A stretch of DNA of 64,000 bases, taken from assembly GCA_025594325.1 (NCBI GenBank), contig JANHCV010000003.1, forward strand, positions 1,860,001 to 1,924,000, in the 5' to 3' direction. Positions 44,270-55,988 of the stretch are shown here, piece after piece. Source of the stretch: Blastocladiella emersonii ATCC 22665 (lineage: Eukaryota; Fungi; Blastocladiomycota). Both the position numbers and the translations under genes were made by a program. Numbering within the stretch: the stretch's first letter is position 1; the number at the start of each line of letters is the position of its first letter. The notes under the pieces were generated by a model that had not been told where the DNA came from, ran no database searches, and saw only the letters and a list, made by a program, of their open reading frames with translations.

Positions 44270-47200
44270 ATGCCGATCGCCCGCTCTGCACCGCGGCGAT
44301 CCAGGGAACCCACCCGCGCGGCGGCCCTCGCGCTGCTCGCGCTCGCGATTGTGGCGCCGATGGCAGTCCACGCGCAAACCACTGCAGCTGCGAAAGAATG
44401 GCCCGCGGCGCTCGCCAACGGGTTCATCAACGCGGCCGTCGTGCACATGGCGGGGATCCAGCGCGTCGCCGTGGTCGGCGGGCAGCGCGATAAGACGCCG
44501 CTCGCGACGGCCTTCCTGCTCGACGTGTCGCGGCCCTTCTCGGTCGACGCCCCCGCCGCCATCTGGCCGCTGCCGAACCTGCCCAAGGCCGTGACGCGGC
44601 CCGTCCCGCTCGTCGCCTTCGACGCGGCCGCGCGCGAGTACCGCGCCGTGCTCGTCGGCGGGCAGACGGCCGACTTCGAGGTGTCCACGGACGTGTACCA
44701 GTACTCGCTCGCTGTCGCCGACGTCACGGCCGACTCGGCGGCGGCCAAGGTCGCGTCCATCAAGACCGTCGACAAAGATAAGGTGCCCGCCACGCCCGCC
44801 ATCGCACCGGGCGTCTCGGACGTCTGCGTCAACGCCACCGGCGCGTGGGCCCGCGCCGCCGCCGACTCGGCCGCGTGGTTCGGCGGGCTCAACCCGCGCC
44901 AGAGCGACCCCATCGCCGACGCGTCCGTCGTCACCCTGGTGCGTGCGATTCTCTAGCCGCGTGCACGGCAGAAGGCGCTTACCCCGAGTGCTCGAGTAGA
45001 CGGGCGACCTCACCAAGCTGCAGACCTCGGGCCCCGCGCCCGCCGCGCAGATCCTCGGCCGCACCATCCGCATCGACGCCGACCGCTTCCTCGTGACGGG
45101 TGGCGCCGACACGGTCGCGACCAACTCGATCCTCAACGTGCGCACCGGCACATGGACCGCGCTCCCCGCGCTCCGCACCGGCCGCGACGAGCACCAGGTC
45201 GTCGTCTACACGGTGCCCGGCTCATCGCCCGCCAAGCGCTACGCCGTGGTTCTGGGGGATGGCAATCCGATGATTGAGACCATCGACCTCGACACCAACG
45301 CGCTGGCCCAGGCGACGCCCACGGGCGACGGGCCGGCTAACGTCGCGCGCGGGTCCGCGGTCCTTGTCGACGACCATATCATGATCTTTGGTGGATCCAA
45401 CCAGGCGGTGCGTTCGTTAACGGTCGCGATTTTGGGCGGTCGGGATTGCTGACCAGCCTCACGCTCCGCATACTTGATGGACCGGCTACCGGGTTCGCTT
45501 GGTTTTAGCAGGCGGGGACCCTGCTCAAGCCGCTGACGCTGCTCAAGATCAAGGTCAACGGCGCCGCTCTCGAGTTTGAATGGTACTTCGCTCACAGCTC
45601 CATCACTGCCCTTACCCGGTGCTGACAATCGCCCGCTTGTAGGACCAAGGACTTCAAGCCCGCCGGGTACGGCAAGGACCTGATCCTCGCGAGCTCTGGC
45701 CGGACGCCGACCCCGGGCACCGGCGGGAACGCTACCATCGAACCCAACTCCCCGACCACCGCGCCGCCCGCCCTGCCGTACATCCTCGGGTCCGTCGGCG
45801 GCGGCGTCGTCATCGTCGTCCTGATCCTCGTCGCGCGCTCGCGCCGCCGCACCGCACGCGAGAACCTCGAGATCCCGCAGTACTCGGCCACCGCCTCCGC
45901 GTTCCAGCAGAACAACAACGGCCGGTACGGGACCACCAAGTCGGCCGCCGCGGCGGGCGCGCTCTCGCCGGGCACTACGGCGCCGCCGTCGTTCCACTCC
46001 AGCTCGGCGACGGGTAGCAGTAACGACGGCAGCGCGTACGCCAAACCCGCGCTCGCGCCGCGGATCAACGAGGTCGCCGTCGCCATCTCAGCCGGCCCGC
46101 GCGGCGTCGGGCTCGTGTCGAACGGCGCGCAGCGCATGACCGTGTCGACCAACTCGACGGGCGCCTCGCGCAGCACGGGCAGCGGTGGTGCTGGTGGCGC
46201 CGGCGGGATGATGGTCTCGGCCGCGACCGCGATCCAGTCGTCCTCTGCCGCAACCGCCAACGTCGCTCCGGCGGGCTACCACCCGGTTGAACCCGAGTCG
46301 CCGCACCGCACCTCGTTCGCGCCCGCCGGCGTGTCGCCACCGAACCAGGCGCCCGCCACCTCATCCGCCGGACCCGCGATCCCGATCACCGTACCCGTCG
46401 GACCCAACGGGCTGCCGTTCGCGCGGTCCGGGTCGCCCGTCCCGCTACAGCGGTCGACGACGCCGACACTCGAGGCGAACGGCGGTGGTAACGGTGCGCC
46501 GAGCCGCCCGCTCGCCCTTCCGCGGCTCGCGCCCGCGCTCCCGACGCAGCCGAGCCAGGCGGCCATCGTCTCCAACGGGATCTCGGTACAGGACGCGGAC
46601 GCGCACTGGTCCAATCAGGTCGAGTACCCGGTCGCCGCGACCATCGCCGAGTCGGTCCCCGTCATCATGCGCCGTGCGTCCGAGCCGTACAACGAGTATC
46701 GCACGTCGCAGTCGGCGGCGACGGGACGCCGGCCAGTGCTCTCGGTTGATACCGCCGGGCAGGGGATGCCGGGCGCGGCGGCCGTTGCGGCAGCGGCGGC
46801 GGCGCTCACGCCGCCCGAGTCGACGCACTCGTCGATCTCGTCGACACGGTACCGCACGCCCGAGCCGCTGCTCGCCGAGTCCCGCTACGTGTCCATGGCG
46901 AGCACCACGGTGACGTCGTCGTACGCGACCACGTCAGGGATCTCGCCCGTCACCACGACGACCGCCACCGCGACTACGAGCTCCGGCGCGCCGACGCTTC
47001 CGACGCTCACCACGACCCCGCTCATGATCCCGCGTATTGGGTCTCCCGGCCCCAGCTTCAACCCCGCAGGCGCGGGCGGGCCCGGCTCGATCGCGACGAG
47101 CGGGTCGGCGGGGACCTGGTCGCAGATCGGCGTGCACTTCGCGTCGCCCATCCCGTCCGCGGCCGCGTCGCCCGCCGCGTCGTCCGTTGGCTATACCCCG

Positions 47201-47410
47201 TCGCCCACCACGGCGCCGTCGCCGCAGGTCCGCCGCACCAGCACGCTCGCGCTGTCGCCGCTGCAGTGGCGCGAGGAAGTTGCCGCGCAGGCGGCCGCGC
47301 AGCAGGGGCAGTCCGCGACGCCCGTCAGCGCCGAGACCCAGGGCAGCGATCTCAGCGACCTCCTGTACCTCCCGACGTCCAGCGATCTGTCGCCGAGCAA
47401 GACGGCGTAG
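44270..47410 (+). CDS. Single-pass membrane protein: signal peptide, kelch-like beta-propeller ectodomain, TM, long Ser/Thr/Pro-rich cytoplasmic tail; multi-exon
   Basis: Signal peptide ALALLALAIVAPMAVHA, kelch-type GG motifs (VVGG, LVGG, VTGG, IFGG) with W..LP, and TM LPYILGSVGGGVVIVVLILVA followed by RSRRR. First intron 44939-44999. Confidence 0.8.
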
Positions 47411-47484
47411 TGCGCCGGTGGAGATCCAGTTTTGTGAATTGCGTGTGTGTATGACCAAATGATAGCGTTTTTGCTTCTTCTCAG

Positions 47485-48358
47485 TTACGGCCGAGTGCTC
47501 CCGCGCCGCGCGAGGTGCAGCAGGTCGCGGCTCGACATGTCCGTCAGGTCGTGCCACGCCGCTTCTTCCTCCGACTCGCCGATGTGGTCGGGATCGCCGT
47601 GGCTCGTCGATTCGGACTGCTCGGCGACGGACTCGGACGCGGAATCGGTCGATGGACCCGCGTCATGGCCGATTCCGTCGATCGCGACGGCAGGTTCGGC
47701 GGGCTCCTCGTCAGCGAAGCGAGATGCCTCGATGGGCGGCTCGTCCGCCAAGTCCTCGTCGCCGTGCGCGCCAAAGCCGTCGACAGAAGCACCCGTCGAC
47801 GCGACTCGGTCAGCGGGCGGATCAGCGAGGACGGGGTTGGACTCGAGGCGGGCGAGCGTCATACGGAGGCGCTCGAGGACGTGGTCCGTGTGCGGGTCCT
47901 CCGACTCGGGTTCGGACGCATGGTCTTGAGTTCCGTCGGCTTGAAGCGCATTGGACGAGGCTGCAGCAGGCGCCGGCCGGGCACGAGGGCGAGGAGTGGG
48001 CTTGCGCGGCGACGCGCCCGGAGCGGCAAAGTCGCGGATGCGCGCCTGCGCCTCGAGACGGCGGAACTCGCACTGGACATGCGTCGCGTACGTGTGCTAC
48101 GCTTGCGCAACGTGTGAGCCCCAAGTCATTTGCGAAGATGGCATCGACGCGTACGCGTTGGGCGAGCCACTGAGTCCGCAGGGTACGGAGCGCAACCGTC
48201 GATCGAGTGTGGTCCGCGGCGAGCGCGCGAGCGTCGTGCAGGAGCGCGTCGTTGCGGACCTGGCGGTCGGCTGGGCTCAGGACACGCGCCGCGGTCGGGA
48301 CTGAGGGGAAGTGCAGCGAGTGTCCATCTCTTATGGTCCAGGTGGGCTGGGCTAACAT
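47485..48358 (-). CDS. Hypothetical protein (~270 aa), 2 exons, helical N-terminus and acidic C-terminus
   Basis: ACCATG start. Intron about 48094-48153 (GTACGC..CTCAC..TAG) joins ...WLAQR to HTYATHVQCEF...MTLARLES in frame. Confidence 0.65.
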
Positions 48359-48523
48359 GGTTGCGGGATGAGGTGCCGAGGAGCCTTAGAAGCAGGGGAA
48401 CTTAGCCCCCCTGTTAGAAGCGAGGCGCGCGGCGCGAGGTGTGGGACGCGTCGAGTAATCACGTTTGGCCTCGGCGGCCACTTTCGCTCTCCTGCTCAGC
48501 GACGAACACCCCATGGAAGCACT

Positions 48524-49458
48524 ATGAACGAACTTAACTTGCCGCATATTATCGAACGAGTCTTGTGCTATGCCGTGGCGACGCACGGCGACCGGAACGA
48601 CGTGCGAGGTCCCGCTGTGTACGCGCGCGTCATGCGCCGCGCCGACATCCCGGGAGTCATGCGCGCGATTTTGCGCCTTTGCCCAATTCTATCAATTGAA
48701 GAAGCATGTAAGCGTGGCCGCGTGGACGTGCTTGAGCTGTGGCGCAATCGCGTTTACCGTTTCGCTGCACCACGGCCGCGCTCGAGCATGCTGCAATCGA
48801 GCTTAACTACGCCGTATTGGATTGGTGGCGCGACTCGATGCTTCCGCTGCCGAGAGTGTCCGGCAGGGCATACGACGTCGTGCTCGGCATGATTGGAGCT
48901 CGTGCGAATAGCTCAGCGGAGGCAGACCTACATGTTCGTTGTCTCCTCTTGCTTCTTCGACGATTCAGGGAAAACTAACGCCCGAAATCTAGCTATCTCC
49001 GGTCCTTGCTGAGCCAGGTGACGCGGAAACGTGCAAATTATACCCTGACCTATCGCAAGGCCGCAGCATCTCTGCCCGAATCAACGGTCGGCCGACTTCG
49101 ATTGGCGTCGCCGTTCTCAACGCTGCTTTCGCGCTATCCAGCGATGCGCCTCGAGGTCTGTGCTACCTTTTGTTCGGACCATGCGATATGACCGTCGACA
49201 CCGCTAGATCACTGATGCTGCCACAAACGGTTGGGTTCCTCGAATTTGACAGCATGCGCCACGACTTGCCTGGCGGAGCTTCACGCACCGCAGCTGGCTA
49301 GCGTTGCCCCGATTCTAAAGTTTAGCCAGAGCCAAGGCCGCAAGTGTTCCATTTCACTCGGCGGTACTCAGCTCTCGGCGTGGTGGGTTGAAGCCTTGGC
49401 GCGGAGCGAGTATATTGACTTCTATCGCTCTTGGCGCGAGCTTCCGAATGGAAGCTGA
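48524..49458 (+). pseudogene. Degenerate ankyrin-like repeat gene of an expanded lineage-specific family
   Basis: Repeats ACKRGRVDVLELW and AAIELNYAVLDWW are split by a frameshift near 48750. Stops and fragmented ORFs follow, and GC3 is lower. Confidence 0.5.
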
Positions 49459-49959
49459 GTGCCGCACCACGGCTCGACTGGTGCGCGTGGATGTCGCTAG
49501 CTCGTTGTCTTCGTTGTCGGATATTTTGTAATTAAAGAGTTTTCATCACCTGTTCGTGTTGACCTGATTGATGGTCGCGATGACGACTTTGATATGGATT
49601 GAGACCGGCTGACGGTTTGGCGCCTCGTCTCGTTATAGATAGCGCCTGGCAAACGCGACGCGTTCATAAAATACGGTTAGCGCAACCAAGCGCTCTCTCG
49701 AGTGATTTGCGCTGCGCTAGGGCGCGTTTCGACGCGTCGATCATCGGTCACATGATATCGCAACGCGTCGCACGCGTGTCTCGCGTCCAGCGCGAAAGCT
49801 TGAAAAAACCTCCTCGGCACTCGATCAAGTTCCCCTTGTCGCCCTCTTAGAGCCTCTTGTTGTTACCTTTGAACTTTTTGTCGCCACGTTCCGCGTCTCA
49901 TCGCCTACAAGCGCACTACATGAGTTAATCTCGTTTGACCTCGTTCAACACACTCCAAC

Positions 49960-50370
49960 ATGTTGTCCATACTTCCAAAAAGCTTCTTGAATGATCGTCG
50001 TACGCCCCATGGGCTCATAGAGGCGCAACGAAGCGCGCTCACGTTTGTCGCGGACCGAAAGCTCGACAGCGCATACGTACACGGCGAGCGGGTTGTTCGC
50101 GAGGAACTAGAGCTGGAAGCCCTCGGCTTTCTCCTTCTGTATTGCGAACAACTTTCTCAGCACATCGACCTCATTGGCAAGGCGTCCAAGTGTGATCCCA
50201 AGCACTTGACGGCGGTCCACACGCTCATCTATTATGTACCTCGCGTTGGGATCAAGGAACTTCACGGCGTGCGCGACGTCCTCGTGCGCAAGTTCGGCAA
50301 GGAAATGGGCGTCACAGCTAGCGAGAACCGATTCGCAGTTTTTGATATGGGCAAACGGTACTCTTTTGGT
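49960..50370 (+). CDS. IST1-domain (ESCRT-III regulator-like) ORF, apparently truncated; true 3' end unclear
   Basis: KLDSAYVHGERVVREE..LEAL..LLLYCEQL...CDPKHLTAVHTLIYYVPRVGIKEL..VRDVLVRKFGKEM...ASEN follows the Ist1 N-terminal domain pattern. The frame then runs without a stop into the antisense strand of the DeSI gene. Confidence 0.6.
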
Positions 50371-50376
50371 TACATC

Positions 50377-51931
50377 TCAATCGACGGGTGCAAACAGCGC
50401 AACGCTCTCCTCAACAACGCGGCCCAGCTTCGCAAACGACTCGGGGGTACACTCGAGCGCCTCAAGCAGGTCGAGGATCGCGGGCGGCGCCGTGAACAGC
50501 AGGCCGCACAGGCTCGCGTACAGCTGCGTGCCCATGGCGCTCGCCTCCTCCTCGTTTCCGCGCACCTGCGTGCCGAGGACGTGCGCGATCGCGCCCACAA
50601 TCTCGACGGTCCACTCCTCGTCGGCGCCGTCGCTCGACCAGACCGTGGTCCAGTCGGCCGCGGGCGTCGTACGCGCGAGCTGGAACCGCCAGCGCGCGAC
50701 GTGGAACGCGAGCACGGCGGCGGCGCGGATAATCGACGCGTCGGCGACCGCGGGCTCGTGCAGCAGGCCCGACACGAGGAGCGACGTGAGCAGCGTGCGG
50801 CGGTCCCCGGCGGCGGCCGATCCGAGCGACCACCGCACGACCTTGGTGTGGCCGAGCAGGTTGGACGCGGCGCGGAGGAGCGCGAGGTGAACGGGTTTGG
50901 CGGGCGAGGCGCCCGCGAGCTCGCGGCGGATCACGGCGAACACGGCCTCCTTGAGCCCGCTGGCGTACGACTCGGCCTGGGCGAACAGCCGCGCGACGTC
51001 GACAATGACCCACCGCTCGTCGTCCTTGTCGACCTCACGCAGCAGGCTGCACAGCAGGCGCAAGGTGCGCGGGTCGGCCTCGGCGTTGGCGCCCGCGCAC
51101 GTCTTGCGCAGGCGCGCGGCCACGGCAGCGGCTGACTCCTCGGTCGGGTCGACGTTGGTCAGCGTGTGGTCCAGCACGGACTCGAGCTTCTCCCACATCT
51201 TGGGCGACGACGCCGAGTGCCAGTGCGGCTGGTCGAAGATGGCGCGCAGCTCGGGGAGCGACAGCGCGACGTGCGGGTGCCCGGGCGGCCCAGCTGCCGG
51301 GACGGCGACGCGCGCAGGAGCAGGAGCGGTCGTGGTGGCAGGAGGGGCACGGACCGGCTGAGCGTGCGGCGAGCTGAAGAACGAGTCGATGACGGGGCGC
51401 AGGGCCTGGCCGAACGGGCTGGATGTGCGAGGTGGTGAGCGAAGGGAGGGATCGAATCGTCAAGCAGAGTGGCGTACGTCTCAAGAAAGTCGCCGGGCAG
51501 GTTGGTGATGTACGACGGGATGGACCGGCCGACTAGGAACTGGCACACCTCGTTCGAGAAGGTGTTGCAGTTGTGGTTGAGCAGGTGGTAGTGGACGGCC
51601 GTGAACCGCGGCCGGATCTCGTCGATAAACTCGCGGAACAGCTCGCGCGAGATCTCCGTCTCGCCCATGGGCACGCGCTGGACGGGCGCGCCGTAGTGGT
51701 GCACGCCTGGCGTCGTGCTGAACACGCCCTGGCCAAAGTACCACTCCTGCCCGTGGATCACGACCGACGTGTGCCTGTTTCAGGAACTGGTTCAGCGTGT
51801 GGCGGCGGCGAAGAGACGGGCGTAAGGGCGCACCAGATGCCGTCGATCTGCCGTCCCGTCAGCTGGCGCGAGATCATGCGCGCCATGCCTTGGGAGAGGT
51901 CGTAGACGAGGAGGGTGACGCTGTGCGGCAT
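50377..51931 (-). CDS. DeSI/PPPDE deSUMOylase-type peptidase with C-terminal PUL-like domain; 3 exons
   Basis: VYDLSQGMA, catalytic HTSVV and NCNTFS, YHLL, and IPSYITNLP..FLET|PFGQ. Confidence 0.9.
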
Positions 51932-52392
51932 GGTTGCATGTAGTTACGTTTCGTTGCAGATGGTTGTTGATGTGTGAAAGAGAGCGGAAGGTCGGAGGTC
52001 GGCCGCCCTCTTGAAGGGACGCGCTCCGCCACAGCTCGATCGTCATCGCCACGCCGCTCTGTCAGCTTCCACGGCTGTGCCACGTCAACGCTGAGATGAC
52101 GCAGACGGAGCGCCTCGACGGAACGGCTCGCGATGCTTCTTGCTGAGCCTTCGATGGGACTCGATCGGCGCGCTGTCTTGGCGCGATGCGAGTGAGGCCC
52201 GGGCCGCGAGGACGGTGCACGGGCTTACCTGCGTACGACCCGATCAGACAACCTTGGCGAGCACCGTGAAGTCGAGACACTTGCGTCGCAGGTCACCCGC
52301 CGTGCGCTGTCTCAACATGCGCTGAAGTGAGGAGCGCGAGAGACGCGACTTGATATCACGTCGCTCTCACGTGTTGAGGATCTCGGTTCCGA

Positions 52393-54277
52393 TCACGGTT
52401 TCCATGCGACTATATTGCTTAATTGGTTCTTCTTGCACAGTGCGCTCACCCTAAGCCTTGCCCTGACGCACAGCGGCGGGGGCAGGGGGCGGCGGGTACG
52501 CGGACGATGACGCGAGGTCGTTGGGCGACGGGACGAGGTCGCGGACGATGGGCCAGCAGCGTCCATCGGCTGGTACTGAGGCAGCGCCGTATGAACTGGA
52601 GAAACCTCTTGGATCGGTGTCGTCTTGGCCGTGGACGCGCGGTACGCCGAAGGCGGCTGCGGCATGTTCATGGTCGCGTACGCGGGCGCCACATCGGAGG
52701 CCATGGGCGGCTCGGGCATCGACGTGGGCATCATCGAGTAGACGGGGAGCCGCTCGACGGCGTACCCGGCGCCACGGACGCCCTGCTCGGGGTTGGAGTT
52801 GAACTGCGTGTACCGGAACGGGAACTGGCCGCAGTTGAGGCGCACCGCGCACGGGCCGTCAGCGCCGACCGCGATATGGACCGCCGTCTCGGGACACGGC
52901 GCGCGCGGGCCCTCGACCGTCGGCAGGGCGACGCCGTTGCGCGTGAAGAAACACGTCCCATCGGCAGTCCGAAGCCCGACGCCGATCACGTCGTCGACAC
53001 GGTACGGCTTCCCGTACGCGTCGCCGTCACCGTCGTTGTCGCAGAACACGCGGCCGTCATCCGAGTGGTACCCGACGCTCCAGTCGTGCCACCCGGGCAG
53101 GCGGAAGTACGGGTACGGGACCGTGGCCAGGCCGATCGCGAGCGTGGTCTGCGGCGCCATGGCGACGTCCGTCACCTCGTAGTAAAGCACGGGCGGCGGC
53201 GGCTGCGCGTGCGCCGGCGGGAGCCAGGGCACGGGCAGGTTGCTGACGAGTGTGAGGTCCGTGTCGGCCGAGGCGCGCGTGATCGGGTTCGGGAAGAGGT
53301 GCACGGTGCTGTCCTCGGGCGAGACACCCACGAAAGAGGCCATGTCCTGGAACGGTAGCGCGAGCGCCCAGGCCGCCGGGTTGGCCATGGCGTCGAGCGC
53401 CTCGGGGGTCGGGTTGAACGGCATCGGCGGCGTGTTGTTGATGAACTCGCGGCCGCGCGACGCGGCGTCAGCTGAAGCGTTGTGCACGGGCGCGGAGAAG
53501 GAACCCTGGTACGTGATCTGCTTTGGCGGCGCGTAGTCCTTGGCCGACTCGTTCTTCTTGGCGGGGGCGGGCGGGGCAACCGCCGCGTGCGACGACATGC
53601 TCGGTGCACCGGTGTCGGACTTGGTGGCAAGCGCCTTGGCCTTGCGGCCGCGGTGGCGCTTGCACATCGCGAAGCAGATGCAGAGGAGAATGCCGGCGCC
53701 GAGGAAAGACCCGAGGATGACCCAGAAGATGCCGTTGCCGATCCCGCTGCCGCTATTTCTATCCTTATTGGTCGTGCTGGCCGTGCTGGTTGTGCCGCCG
53801 TTGCTAGCGAGCCAATCACACGTGGAGCGGGAAGCGCCCTCGACCTTCGTGCCGTCCTCGTGGTAGAAGCTGCAGCCGCCCTTGGACGAGTTGTACACCC
53901 AGTACCCGACAATTCCGTTCAGAACGACAAGCGGAAACATACCTATCCATGTGGGTTAGCTCGAGATCATCAATCGCAAGGAGCGCAGATAGCGAGCGAG
54001 ATCTCGTACTTCCGTATTTGAGCGTTCCAGGCAGCTTCCCGCGGGTGCCGGTACTGGACAAGGAGGTTCCGCTACCAGCACCGCGAGAAGCAGCTGTACT
54101 CCCGCTGCTGCTGGTGCTTCCCGAGAGGGAGGTCGTCGGTTTGGATGCGGACGAGAACCCGGCACGGCTCCCGCCGCCGCTGCGGCCGATTCCACCGCCG
54201 CCCTTGGGCATGGGTGCGGCGAGAACCGCGGCTGCTTCGACGAAGGCGAGGAAGACAAGCGTGCGTTGGTGATTCAT
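52393..54277 (-). CDS. Receptor-like SPRY-domain membrane protein (Ssh4/Ear1-like), copy 1; probable 1-nt frameshift near 52540 (natural end likely 52451)
   Basis: Signal peptide, Gly/Ser-rich region, 2-Cys ectodomain, TM, SPRY (YYEV...AIGLATVPYP.FRLPGWH.WSVGYHSDDG...DVIGVG...FFTRNG), and LPxY motifs. Confidence 0.88.
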
Positions 54278-54644
54278 GGTCGTGCTGAAAGAGCGAGAAG
54301 TAGGTCGTCGTCGCCGAGTTCATTCATCAATAATGACCAGCCTGTCTCTTGCGGCTGAGTACCTGGGTGCATGCAGTGCTGGTGGCCATGGCCCCTCCCT
54401 TCCATCGTTCCATCGTTCCGTCGCTGGAAGCAAAACCTCGCCTGGATCGGGCGCGTGAACGGTTCATATTCAACACGCCCTCCACGCCATCACCCGGCCT
54501 CCCCCATGATTTAACTTCGCAACCTCGTTCCAATCGAAGCCGGCTTGAGTTCCCTGGGTCCCGCTTCAGTCTTCAGAGCACCGCGAAATGAGCCTCGACA
54601 AAGTCGCCAGCAGCATCACGGAATCCTTCAACTTAACTTGACGC

Positions 54645-55471
54645 TCAAGTTGAAGAAAGGCTAGAGCTTGGGGTTTGGAGACGGATTGACGCGCCCCATT
54701 CGCTGAGCATGACCCGAACTTGCATCACGGCGAAGAGCATGATCGAGGTGTTGTTTGTGAGGTCGCGGTCGCGTGCTGCAGCCTTCCGGGGCGCCCGGTG
54801 CACCGGGACAGTGAGCGAGCCCTGTTTTGCGACCTTCGTTGGTGACAGAACATGGGTTAGAACTGAAGCGAGCGCACTACTTGCAACGGCCGAGCGCGCG
54901 GGGACCGCCCCATTTGCTACGGTACTCAGCGTGATAACAACTCCGACAGGCACGCGTGACGCCCTAAACTTGCGGAGGCACTTGTAAACTGCGAAGCAGA
55001 TGGCTATGAATGCGCCAGCACCAAGGACAGACGCAAGCACGATCCAGGAAATATCATTTGAACTGGTCAATTGCGCGCATGTGGCCTGGAACGTTCCGTC
55101 AAACGAGGTTCCGTTGTCGTAAAAGAACTGACACCCGTTGACCACGGGTACGTATGCCCAGTACCCGGAACTCCCGTTGTAACTGACGAGCGGATGGGTA
55201 GCTACACAGACGAGCCGGTCAGTGACGAGCACAAAAACGATGTGATCAAAGTGAGCCTCGTACTTTCGTTAAGGGCAATGCTCGAGTGCGTGTTATAGTA
55301 GCCTACGCTACTTCGAATCGTAGACGAGAGCTTAGTCCCCGAAGTCATGGAATCGATGCGACTGTCCCCACCGCCTTCACCGCCACTCCAGTCACCGTCC
55401 GCGGGCTGAGCAAGAACTGCAGTCGCCATTGCGGCAAGTGCGAGAAATAAATGTGCGCTACGATGATACAT
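54645..55471 (-). pseudogene. Truncated SPRY-family paralog (copy 2): signal peptide, ectodomain and TM retained, SPRY lost
   Basis: VSYNG..GYW...GCQFFYDNGT...ATC and the TM are conserved. Homology decays after NNTSIMLF and stops at 54645. Confidence 0.7.
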
Positions 55472-55988
55472 GAAGGATGCGAACGGGGAGAAGGGTGCAA
55501 GGAGCGGGGTGAACGCAGTTGTTGGAGCAAGCCGGCAAAGCGACAGCGATCTGCCCCTGGCGACTGACCGCATGGTTCATGTGCCGCGTCTGCATACAAG
55601 GATGGTTTTGCTTCTATCGCCCTACAACTTCACACGCATTTGTCGCTCCTTGAATCTGCGCCAATTTGCAGAGCCTGCTTCTATCGTCGAATCGCGGCGG
55701 TGAGAGACACGGCGGAGACGCGTCGCGATATCACGTTTCGGCACACGTGGTATTTACCGCGTCTCGTTTCAGGTCGCCCGTGGTTGCTGGCGGCTTTTGT
55801 AGTAGCAACTCAGCTTCGTTGCCATCACACCAGCGATCACAGTGGTCGTCGAGCTCGACTCATCGCACGGATGGCAAGAAAATGTGAAACCGCACCGACG
55901 CGTTGTGAAAGCATGTTTTATTAATGGTATCTCGCGTTGTTCCGTAACAAAGGTAAGCGTTTCGGGCGACAACCAATTGCATCTCGAG

